Below the pieces are notes generated by a model that worked only from the letters and a program-made list of their open reading frames with translations, was not told the origin of the DNA and did no database searches. Shown here one piece after another: positions 1 to 9,005 of a stretch of DNA of 64,000 nucleotides. Position numbers and translations under genes: made by a program. Position 1 is the first letter of the stretch. Each line of letters starts with the position of its first letter. Source of the DNA: Alcanivoracaceae bacterium (GTDB lineage Bacteria > Pseudomonadota > Gammaproteobacteria > Pseudomonadales > Alcanivoracaceae); the NCBI GenBank assembly GCA_027324795.1, contig DAHVSB010000001.1, forward strand, positions 4,264-68,263, read 5' to 3'.

Positions 1-54
1 GTCAGAGCCGGCTGTGGCAGCTTAGCGGTTACCGCTTGGCAAAATGCACAAACA

Positions 55-960
55 ATGAGGTTAGAAAACACGAAAATGCTATACTCACTCAATACTTGGC
101 AACGCTTGGGCAGCTATCACAACACCCATGGGCAACAAGTATTCGTGATTGATAGCCAAAAAGATACAGAGCAGCCGCCGCTGCTCCTATTACATGGTTA
201 CCCGCGCTCCAGCTGGGACTATAGTCTTTTATTTAATAAGCTAGCCCAAAAGCACAGAGTCATTGCTCCAGATTTTTTAGGGTTTGGCTTTTCCTCAAAA
301 CCCTACCCATACAAGTACAGCATCATACAACAAGCCAATATTGTTGAAGCTATTCTGGCGCAAAAAAAGATTTCCCAGTGCCACGTTATTGCGCACAACT
401 ATGGTGACGCTGTGGTGCTTGAGCTACTGGCACGTCAAAACAACTTGCAGCATAAGCAATTTATCAGCGCCACTTTTTTAGGCAGCAGCCTGTATGAAGA
501 TGCGCAAACACCGACCTTGGTGCAGCGTGTTTTATCCACTCCATTGGGCCCCTTTCTGGTCCGTGCCATGGGTAAGGATATATTACTAAGAAGCTTTGCC
601 GGTTTATTTGGCCCGCATACCAAACCTACTCCTCAACAACTCAATACTGCCTGGCATCTAATTAGTCATGACAGTGGGGTCCGCTGCCTACCCGCGGTAC
701 TCACCTATTTTAATGAGCGCAAACTTTATAAAGAAAAGTGGGCTGCCGCCCTAGCAGACACGACAATACCCTTAGCACTTATTCGTGGCACCGCAGATCC
801 AGTGGTTCATAAAAAGGCAGTCAATCGATTTAAAGCGCTTCAAAAAGCGAACAGCCTCACCTTCGAGCTACCTGGCATAGGCCATTATCCGCATATTGAA
901 TCTCCCCATGAAACCCTTGATGCATGGCAATATTTTATAGAAAAATGCAGCACTCACTGA
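55..960 (+). CDS. alpha/beta-fold hydrolase, MEST/PEG1-like subfamily; Asn at the nucleophile-elbow position
   Basis: 301-aa ORF with ATG at 55. Motifs LLLLHGYPRSSWDY, DFLGFGFS, elbow VIAHNYGD, then GTADP and GHYPHIE (acid and His). Collinear with MEST-type hydrolases as I recall them. Confidence 0.8.
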   Translation: MRLENTKMLYSLNTWQRLGSYHNTHGQQVFVIDSQKDTEQPPLLLLHGYPRSSWDYSLLFNKLAQKHRVIAPDFLGFGFSSKPYPYKYSIIQQANIVEAILAQKKISQCHVIAHNYGDAVVLELLARQNNLQHKQFISATFLGSSLYEDAQTPTLVQRVLSTPLGPFLVRAMGKDILLRSFAGLFGPHTKPTPQQLNTAWHLISHDSGVRCLPAVLTYFNERKLYKEKWAAALADTTIPLALIRGTADPVVHKKAVNRFKALQKANSLTFELPGIGHYPHIESPHETLDAWQYFIEKCSTH

Positions 961-1092
961 CATTTTTGTTCACGTATGACGTTTTAACGCATCTGCTGAC
1001 TTTTAAGCCTCAAAAAGTCTCATCTGGGCCAAGGGCAGCGCATCTTTGATCCGCAACACTCAAACTCATTACCAAAAAAATGAGGCGTGTTC

Positions 1093-1962
1093 ATGTCCAC
1101 AGCAACTGTTCTTTCATGGCCATTTAAAAAACGCTATCGCAAGCCAGAAAACATTCAAATCACTCCGAGACGAATGGACTTTCCTTTTGCCAACATAGAA
1201 AGATACTGGTTTGGCGGCGACCCTGTGATGACTCATTTCTTAAACGCGTTGTCTTTGACTTTTCCCGATGGTGAACGTTTTTTTGTGAATTCAGTTCGCG
1301 CATTTAGAGAACACATCACCGACCCTAAATTGCAAAAAGAAATCTCTGGCTTTATTGGCCAAGAGGCCATGCACTCTCTTGAACACCAATCGTTTAACGA
1401 GTTATTAATGCAAATGGGATACGAACAAGAAGCCAGCTCAGGCATCAAGTTCGCCAAGCAAATGCTTGCTCGAGGCCAACGCCTCTTATCACCTAAACAA
1501 CAGCTAGCAGCCACCGCAGCACTTGAACATATAACAGCTATTCTGGCCCACCGCCTGCTTAGCAACCCTAAATGGAGCCAAAAAATGCGCCCAGAGGTTC
1601 GCGTATTATGGCTGTGGCATGCTATTGAGGAGATCGAGCACAAAGCGGTGGCTTTCGATGTTTTTGAGCAAGTCTCTGGCGATTACAAAATGAGAACCCG
1701 GTCATTGTTCTATGCCACAATTTATTTAGCAGCATATACCAGCCGATATACTTGGGCCTTCCTTAAGAAAGACAAAGCTTATCGGCGCCCTATTGCGCTA
1801 ACTAAAGGGTTTTGGAACTTGCTGGGGCCGCGAGGCTTTGTCACCACTAGCATTCCCAGCTACCTCTCTTTTTATCGCCCCAACTTTCACCCTTGGCAAC
1901 ACGACAATAGCGCACTCATTGCCGCCGCAAAACAAGAATTAGAACAATTAAGCCATGAGTAA
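1093..1962 (+). CDS. PF10118/COG3687-like 'predicted metal-dependent hydrolase' (possible di-iron protein, see findings)
   Basis: ORF 1087-1962. ATG at 1093 is preceded by GAGG at 1082-1085. Motifs FPDGERFF, GQEAMHSLEH, AALEH, WHAIEEIEHKAVAFDV. Paralog at 56167-57051. Confidence 0.75.
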   Translation: MSTATVLSWPFKKRYRKPENIQITPRRMDFPFANIERYWFGGDPVMTHFLNALSLTFPDGERFFVNSVRAFREHITDPKLQKEISGFIGQEAMHSLEHQSFNELLMQMGYEQEASSGIKFAKQMLARGQRLLSPKQQLAATAALEHITAILAHRLLSNPKWSQKMRPEVRVLWLWHAIEEIEHKAVAFDVFEQVSGDYKMRTRSLFYATIYLAAYTSRYTWAFLKKDKAYRRPIALTKGFWNLLGPRGFVTTSIPSYLSFYRPNFHPWQHDNSALIAAAKQELEQLSHE

Positions 1963-2956
1963 TAAGCAAATAAACAGCACCGCCGAAGCCGCTATTAATA
2001 GCTTCATTGAGGGCGCGGCCAAACCATTCTTGGCGCAACACCCAGCCCCTAGCCTTGCGGAATTAGAACGTTGGCGCCCAGCCAAAACGCAATGGAACCA
2101 AGTACGCAAATTACAAACGCGGCTCTCGGGATTGCAGCGCAAAAGCAAAATGGTCGATGGCCTTACGTTGTACTACTTAGAAGGAGGTGACCCTCGAAAA
2201 CCCACTGTGGTGCTCTTGCACGGGTTCGGTTCGAATAAGGAAAACTGGCTACTAATGAGTGGCTTTCTGAAGGCAAAGTATCACCTAGTTATTCCTGACT
2301 TACCTGGGTATGGTGAAAGCGAATTCAATCCCCACAAGGATTATCGCCTTTCTTTGCAAGCAGAACGGCTAAGCCAATTAGTTTCCCTTATCACCACCCG
2401 CCCCGTGCATTTAGTCGGTAACTCCATGGGTGGGGCCACCGCTGCCGTGTGGGCAGCACACTTCCCGCAACAAGTGATGACGATTACGCTAATGAACTCT
2501 GCGGGGCTGCGCGGAAATAAAGTAACACAATTTGAAACCTTGTTAGTGGAAGGAAAAAACCCACTCATACCGCGCAGCTACAAAGAGGTGGCCGCGCTGT
2601 TTAAACTTGCTACCTATCAAAGGCCTAATCTTTTTAGCTGGGCAATCACCCCCATTATTTACCGCGATTTTATTCATCGCAGTATTGTGAATCACCGCCT
2701 ATTTAGTGATGCCATTGTGGTGGATGAAGGTTTGATCAGTATTTTAGAAGATATCCAGCAGCCAACTTTAATTATGTGGGGTGCAGAGGATGCCATCCTA
2801 GACGTGAGCTGTGCTGAGGAAATCAAAACGTATTTGCCAGAGGCAGAAGAGGTTGTCTTCCCCAAAGTAGGACATCTGCCCATGCTGGAAGCACCATTAA
2901 AAACAGCCAACGCGCTTAAGCAGTTTTGGAAGAAGAACACAATTAGCAAGCCCTAA
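1955..2956 (+). CDS. alpha/beta-fold hydrolase (canonical Ser nucleophile)
   Basis: 333-aa ORF. VVLLHGFGSNKENW, GNSMGG elbow, GHLPMLE catalytic His region. Start overlaps the upstream stop by 8 nt. Confidence 0.85.
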   Translation: MSNKQINSTAEAAINSFIEGAAKPFLAQHPAPSLAELERWRPAKTQWNQVRKLQTRLSGLQRKSKMVDGLTLYYLEGGDPRKPTVVLLHGFGSNKENWLLMSGFLKAKYHLVIPDLPGYGESEFNPHKDYRLSLQAERLSQLVSLITTRPVHLVGNSMGGATAAVWAAHFPQQVMTITLMNSAGLRGNKVTQFETLLVEGKNPLIPRSYKEVAALFKLATYQRPNLFSWAITPIIYRDFIHRSIVNHRLFSDAIVVDEGLISILEDIQQPTLIMWGAEDAILDVSCAEEIKTYLPEAEEVVFPKVGHLPMLEAPLKTANALKQFWKKNTISKP

Positions 2957-2977
2957 GAGAGCTTCTCTCTTAGGGCT
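2949..2977. terminator. 13-bp perfect hairpin between convergent genes (likely bidirectional terminator)
   Basis: agccctaagagag / ctt / ctctcttagggct. It contains the stop codon of the hydrolase and lies 9 nt from the thrH stop. Confidence 0.6.
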
Positions 2978-2985
2978 TTGGGGGA

Positions 2986-3603
2986 TTACAACGGGATATT
3001 ACGATTGCTTGCTTTAACGATTTCGCGTTTTAGCGCTTCGTAATCATCCACAGCTGGGAACTGTGGGAATTCATCACGCACGTTTTGTGGCGCATGAATC
3101 AAAATACCTGCTTCTGCCTCCGACAACATGGTGGTGTCATTGTAGGAGTCGCCAGCGGCGATAACACGGTAGTTCAAGCTATGAAAAGCTTTTACAGAAG
3201 CACGTTTAGGGTCTTCTTGTCGCAAAATGTAGTCCGTAATGCGCCCTTCTTCGTTAACTTCTAAACGGTGGCAGAACAGTGTCGGCCAACCTAGCTGGCG
3301 CATCAAAGGTAATGCGAACTCATAAAAAGTGTCCGATAAAATAATGACCTGAAAATGCTCGCGAGCCCAATCAAGAAACTCTCGAGCGCCCTCTAATGGG
3401 CCCATTTCATCAATTACTTTTTGAATATCTGGTAAACCAAAGCCGTGCTGATCTAAAATTGCTAAGCGCTGCTTCATTAGCACATCATAATCGGGGATAT
3501 CCCGAGTGGTGGCTCTTAGCTCTTCTATACCTGTGCGTTCGGCAAAGTTAATCCAGATTTCAGGAATCAAAACACCTTCTAAATCAAGACAAAGTAATTC
3601 CAC
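2986..3603 (-). CDS. thrH: phosphoserine phosphatase / homoserine phosphotransferase ThrH (HAD family)
   Basis: 205 aa. MELLCLDLEGVLIPEIWI...RDIPDYDVLMKQRL...GDSYNDTTML is near-collinear with P. aeruginosa ThrH as I recall it. Adjacent to cysB, as in Pseudomonas. Confidence 0.9.
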   Translation of the reverse strand: MELLCLDLEGVLIPEIWINFAERTGIEELRATTRDIPDYDVLMKQRLAILDQHGFGLPDIQKVIDEMGPLEGAREFLDWAREHFQVIILSDTFYEFALPLMRQLGWPTLFCHRLEVNEEGRITDYILRQEDPKRASVKAFHSLNYRVIAAGDSYNDTTMLSEAEAGILIHAPQNVRDEFPQFPAVDDYEALKREIVKASNRNIPL

Positions 3604-3727
3604 GGGAAGCCCCTATTACATAATCAATAATCCAACACATACAATGCTGCCAAGTGGGGCAATGTAACCGCGCTTAAGGCGCAATGCAAATCCCACAAGG
3701 TTTGTGGCAGCAGAAAATGGTTAGAGG

Positions 3728-4717
<990 letters not shown>

Positions 4718-4956
4718 TTAATGCGCAGGCCATTATGCCTATTTAGTATATAAACACCTAGTTTTAATCGCTTTAAGTATAGACTAAAAAGTCATAGCCC
4801 TTCTCGCCTCAACTGTCAAACAATCTCACAAGCAAGCTACTACCTTGAATTAAAACACATAGTATTACTTTGAACCTATGCTTAATCATTTTTTGATTAA
4901 AAACCAGGCTGCTGTTTTGCAGCACACACAAACCAAGTTTCACAAGGAGAGGCAAC

Positions 4957-5505
4957 ATGAGCACCAATGAAAATCTTCTGCAATCTACCCGCGAAAGGCT
5001 TTCACAAGAGCTGCAGAAACAAAAGGAACTGCTTACAAATTTAGACTTTTTGCCTGCCGAATACCGCGATAAAGCTTCGTCTGTTTTGCAGCAGCAATTT
5101 GATAAAGCGAAGCAGCTGGCCGAAAGCACAAAAGAGAAAATCGAGTCCTCTGAAGCCACCCGTCAATTAGCAGAGTTGGAAGTACGCGTACTTAAAGCTA
5201 CTGCAGAAACCGCTAAGGTGATTACCGATGTTATCCAACGCTATGAAAACGAGGTGCAGAACCGTATAAAAACCCTAGAAGCTCGCTTATCGGGTAATGC
5301 CACACCAGCAACTCAGGCGGTGGAAGCCACTGAAGCGCCAAAAGTGAAAGCAGAACCCAAGGCTAAGGCCGAGCCCAAAACCAAAGCCGCACCTAAAGCC
5401 AAAGCCGCACCTAAAGCCAAAGCTGCACCCAAAGCTAAAGCAGCACCCAAAGCTAAAGCAGAGCCTAAAGCTAAAGTCGAAACGAAAGAAAAAGCCGCCA
5501 AGTAA
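4957..5505 (+). CDS. coiled-coil protein with a C-terminal histone-H1/AlgP/PhaF-like (A/E)(A/E)PK(A/T)K repeat tail
   Basis: 182-aa ORF with strong SD AAGGAGA 6 nt upstream. The N-terminal 130 aa are helical and charged. The C-terminus is a Lys/Ala/Pro hexapeptide repeat. Confidence 0.7.
   Translation: MSTNENLLQSTRERLSQELQKQKELLTNLDFLPAEYRDKASSVLQQQFDKAKQLAESTKEKIESSEATRQLAELEVRVLKATAETAKVITDVIQRYENEVQNRIKTLEARLSGNATPATQAVEATEAPKVKAEPKAKAEPKTKAAPKAKAAPKAKAAPKAKAAPKAKAEPKAKVETKEKAAK
5350..5475 (+). repeat. 7 x 18-bp in-frame tandem repeat encoding AEPKAK/AAPKAK units
   Basis: Read directly: gcagaacccaaggctaag, gccgagcccaaaaccaaa, 2x gccgcacctaaagccaaa, gctgcacccaaagctaaa, gcagcacccaaagctaaa, gcagagcctaaagctaaa. 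Confidence 0.9.
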
Positions 5506-5526
5506 AACCTTGGGACAATTTGGTCA

Positions 5527-5552
5527 CGCAGCTAAGCCATCACTTAGCTGCG
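5527..5552. terminator. hairpin between convergent genes (no clear T-run)
   Basis: cgcagctaa / gccatcac / ttagctgcg (9-bp stem) between the stop at 5505 (+) and the stop at 5558 (-). Confidence 0.4.
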
Positions 5553-5557
5553 AGCTG

Positions 5558-6223
5558 CTATAGGTTGATAAAATGGTCTTCGAAGTACTTAACTAAACCA
5601 CGACGGTAGTGAGTTCCCAGGGCGGGTATTCCTCGGTTAATGGCCACACTAGTGGATTTCTTAATCGTTGCGCGAGCTGCTCTAATCAATCCACGACTAA
5701 ATGCTTTAACCTCAATAGCTTCCATGGTGCTGTCCATATAATGGTAGAGGGCTGCGTCGGCAATTTGCTGAAATGCTTCAACCAAAGAATCAATTGGCAC
5801 TTCTTCGTTTTCGTGCACCTTAGCAAAAGCCGCTGTCACTTGTGCCTGCACTTCTGGGGCAAAACTAAACCCCACATAGTGTTGCCCCTCATGTTGAAAG
5901 TGCAACCGCTTAAAATGTGCAACTAGGCCAGCTTGGTCCTTTGTTGTGATACGGTCTAGCAATCGCAAGGCTAAAGAACGCCCCGTCTTTCTAATAACAC
6001 CCACCCCTTTAAGAATGATGTTAACAACCGAACCCTCCGCTTCAATGGCCTCTATAGGGGCTAAAAAGAAAGCTTGATTCACCTCGTCTATAAAATGCTC
6101 AACTATGCCTCGCATGGCATCCGTATGCACCTTCTGAGGCGCGGCCGCATGCTGAGAATACAGCTGCTCCAAATAACCCACCAGTGCCTCAGAAGGGGAA
6201 AACACCAATTTGGTTTGAGTCAT
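5558..6223 (-). CDS. hypothetical protein (no family recognised)
   Basis: 221-aa ORF, soluble-looking, fills the gap cleanly. No motif I can name. Confidence 0.6.
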   Translation of the reverse strand: MTQTKLVFSPSEALVGYLEQLYSQHAAAPQKVHTDAMRGIVEHFIDEVNQAFFLAPIEAIEAEGSVVNIILKGVGVIRKTGRSLALRLLDRITTKDQAGLVAHFKRLHFQHEGQHYVGFSFAPEVQAQVTAAFAKVHENEEVPIDSLVEAFQQIADAALYHYMDSTMEAIEVKAFSRGLIRAARATIKKSTSVAINRGIPALGTHYRRGLVKYFEDHFINL

Positions 6224-6268
6224 AGCATTATCCTTGTGCTTATATTTTTAATACATCATACATAACTA

Positions 6269-6739
6269 TTAAACGGCCTTTATCGACGCCAACTTACTAA
6301 TCGCATCAGCAGGCAAAGCTTGGCGCAGCTGTTTAGCTGCAGCGATAACAGCTTGCCCGTAGCGCTGCTCGAGAAGCTCACGCTGCTGGTCTTGCTGCTC
6401 TCGCTCCACCCTAGGCAGGCGTTTACGGGCTTCGCCTATGGTAAAAACAAGTGCATGCTCAGCCATTTCATGAATGACCGCCACATCCGCTGCAATGGCT
6501 TCATCAATACTTTGCAGCATAGCGGCAAGGCGCAATGCGCCCTCTGTTACATTGACCTGCTCTGTTTCAACTGCTCTTGCCATGATGGCTAGTTGCGCCA
6601 TCAACTGACCTCTGCGATGCGCACGAATAGCTTCTGCCTGCCGCTCCTGCTGCCAAACTCGCCACCACAGGTAGGCTCCATAACTTCCTAGCAAGAGCAC
6701 CACAAAACAACCGAGCCATAACCACCAATAACCTGTCAT
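6269..6739 (-). CDS. DUF2489-like membrane-anchored protein
   Basis: The track ORF 6269-6955 overlaps rlmG. The internal ATG at 6739 gives MTGYWWLWLGCFVVLLLGSYGAYLWW (one TM) followed by a coiled-coil region. Confidence 0.65.
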   Translation of the reverse strand: MTGYWWLWLGCFVVLLLGSYGAYLWWRVWQQERQAEAIRAHRRGQLMAQLAIMARAVETEQVNVTEGALRLAAMLQSIDEAIAADVAVIHEMAEHALVFTIGEARKRLPRVEREQQDQQRELLEQRYGQAVIAAAKQLRQALPADAISKLASIKAV

Positions 6740-6800
6740 AAATATACCTCGCTTGGTATTTAAAAAGCGCAAGCCTATCAGCTCCGCAATGCCTGCCGTG

Positions 6801-7937
6801 CTACGTAGCAGTATTTTTACTAAATTTTGGCTCAGCAGCGCATAGCAATACAAACTTTGCATTGCGCGCTTTAACTTGTACTCGCTGAAAATAGCGCCGC
6901 AATCTGGCCTCGTGCCCCAAATGTTGATTAGCCACCACCCAAAGCTCGCCATCATCTGTTAGCGCTGCCCGAGCATGTGCGAACAAGGCTAAAGCGAGAT
7001 CAGCATCCACTGTGTGGTTTTGATGGAACGGTGGGTTTAGCAAAATTAAATCTGCATTCCCTTGCCAGCCCATCAAACCATTTCCCAGAAAAAATTCAGC
7101 CGAGCGGCCTGGGAATAATGCATCCCAGTTGGCTTTTGCACTGGCTATGGCCATAAAGGATTCATCGGCAAAACAAATATGGCTTTGCGGATACTGTTGA
7201 GCTGCTGCTAACCCCAACACACCCGTACCGCAAGCTAAATCAACGATACGCTTATAATTCCCTTGAGGCAGGTGTTCGAGCATAAAACGCGTACCAATGT
7301 CCAATTGATACTGGGCAAACACTCCAGCGTGTGCCAGCAAAGCGGCGTGCAAAAGAGGTACATCTATTTTCGTGGGGAAAGGGGATGGCTCCGACACTAC
7401 ACCGCGTGCAAACCCTACCAAACCATGAGCCTTAAAACGGCCTGGCAGTAAATCCACACCCTCTAAGTACTGCCTCACAATGGATACTAAGGTTTTTGGA
7501 AGATGTTTATCTAGCCACGCAAGATACACTGGGGTGCCTGCCGCAAGCTCCGCCGTTAATCGATGCAGTTGAAAGCGCAACAAGGCTAGCTCTTTGGGCA
7601 CTTTTAACCATACTTCATTCACTTGTGGTAAAGAATCCAAGGGCCACCGCCACTGAGCATCCTTCGCTTGCTGACGATTAAGCTTAGCATTTTGTTGCCA
7701 ATTATATTTGGACAGCCAAGAATCACTCCACAAATAGACAGAATCGCTCACTGCCAATGCCATAGCGCCAAATTCATCGTTCACCACCAACAAGGGCGGC
7801 AAGAAATGTTTCATTCGATGATGTAACATGTAGCGGTCTGCACCATCCCAAGCTTGAAACTTTTCCCGTTGGCGCAAAGGATGACGGCGCAGTGTGATAC
7901 GCCTTTCATCAAGTTGAAGATGAATTTTAGTATGCAA
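6801..7937 (-). CDS. rlmG: 23S rRNA (guanine1835-N2)-methyltransferase RlmG-like
   Basis: 378 aa, the same length as E. coli RlmG. VDLACGTGVLG SAM motif, NPPFH catalytic motif, duplicated-domain architecture. Confidence 0.8.
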   Translation of the reverse strand: MHTKIHLQLDERRITLRRHPLRQREKFQAWDGADRYMLHHRMKHFLPPLLVVNDEFGAMALAVSDSVYLWSDSWLSKYNWQQNAKLNRQQAKDAQWRWPLDSLPQVNEVWLKVPKELALLRFQLHRLTAELAAGTPVYLAWLDKHLPKTLVSIVRQYLEGVDLLPGRFKAHGLVGFARGVVSEPSPFPTKIDVPLLHAALLAHAGVFAQYQLDIGTRFMLEHLPQGNYKRIVDLACGTGVLGLAAAQQYPQSHICFADESFMAIASAKANWDALFPGRSAEFFLGNGLMGWQGNADLILLNPPFHQNHTVDADLALALFAHARAALTDDGELWVVANQHLGHEARLRRYFQRVQVKARNAKFVLLCAAEPKFSKNTAT

Positions 7938-8122
7938 TGCCTTGACTCTTATCCACTATTGGAGTGAGATATTATGCCTTGTCAGCAGCCCCATCTCGAG
8001 TGTCACTGCTAACAAGAGCTATTAAATAGTTGGGCTAACTATCGAACCATTATATTTAAGTGCGTACACTATTTTGAGAAAACCACACAGGAATAGCGAC
8101 ATTGGCTTTAACACCATCATCT

Positions 8123-8983
8123 ATGAAAACGACTCCCTTAACGCCAAAATCTATTTTGCAAACGCTGCGTAAGCTTTCTAACACCACGCTTGCCGCGGAC
8201 AGCAGCAATAGCGAAGCCACAGCGGTTAAAGAGTTCACCATTGATGAAATAGCCCGAGAGGCAGAAACTACAGTTCGCAATGTGCGCGCTTACCAAGATA
8301 GAGGCTTGCTACCTCCTCCCGAACGCCGCGGCCGTTCAGGCATTTATACCGATGTTCACTTAGCTCGCTTACGCATTATTGGACAGCTGCTCAAGCGTGG
8401 GTTTACCTTGGCAAATATTCGCGATTTGATTACCGCATGGGAAGAAGGCCGTGACCTTAATGATATTCTTGGTTTGGAAGTGGTGGTAACAAGCCCGTGG
8501 AGCGAGGAGGCGCCCTCCTATATCAGTTACGATGACCTGCTCGAAGATTTTGGTCATAGCCTTACTCAAGAGGCGCTACTCAAAGCGGTTGAACTAGGAT
8601 ATGTCATCCCTGAAGGGAACCGTCTGCGCGTTCCTAGTCCCCGAATATTAAATGCAGGTCGTGAATTAGCCGCTGCAGGAATTCCACTAGAGGCCCTCTT
8701 AGAGCAAGTCAGTGCAGTGCGCACCGAAGTGGCCCGCATTGCCGATGGTTTTATTGAGCTAGTAGAAAAACAGCTGTTAGACGTAAAATATGGCCAAGGC
8801 CTACCCAGTGGTGAAGAAGTCAAAGAGCTGTCTGATTTTGTTCAGCGCGTACGCCCTATTGCCGACATGGTGGTAAGTGCTGAGCTTGCGCGCATTCTCG
8901 ACAAATCGATAAATGATATTTTGGTTAATCGGATTGCGAGTGTTATTGAAGCCCTTGAGGAAAAAGACCAGAAAATAAGTTAG
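8123..8983 (+). CDS. MerR-family transcriptional regulator with a long C-terminal domain
   Basis: HTH FTIDEIAREAETTVRNVRAYQDRGLLPPP. Start uncertain: TTG at 8102 or ATG at 8123. Confidence 0.75.
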   Translation: MKTTPLTPKSILQTLRKLSNTTLAADSSNSEATAVKEFTIDEIAREAETTVRNVRAYQDRGLLPPPERRGRSGIYTDVHLARLRIIGQLLKRGFTLANIRDLITAWEEGRDLNDILGLEVVVTSPWSEEAPSYISYDDLLEDFGHSLTQEALLKAVELGYVIPEGNRLRVPSPRILNAGRELAAAGIPLEALLEQVSAVRTEVARIADGFIELVEKQLLDVKYGQGLPSGEEVKELSDFVQRVRPIADMVVSAELARILDKSINDILVNRIASVIEALEEKDQKIS

Positions 8984-9005
8984 ATGGCACTCCCTCCCCA
9001 TCCTC

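Noticed and set aside
5350-5475. Regular 18-bp repeats that could be mistaken for a CRISPR-like or minisatellite element.
   Set aside because: The units are contiguous with no spacers, in frame and inside a CDS with a good SD. This is a coding hexapeptide repeat.
6740-6955. Long form of ORF 6269-6955, which overlaps the 3' end of rlmG by 155 nt.
   Set aside because: The extension has no coding features. The internal ATG at 6739 gives a sensible TM N-terminus with no overlap.
7974-8012. 12-codon micro-ORF MPCQQPHLECHC with GGAG 9 nt upstream, in the rlmG/merR intergenic region.
   Set aside because: The Cys/His-rich content next to a MerR-type regulator is suggestive. However, a 12-aa ORF arises easily by chance and I have no conservation evidence. 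It is recorded only as something to check by comparative alignment.
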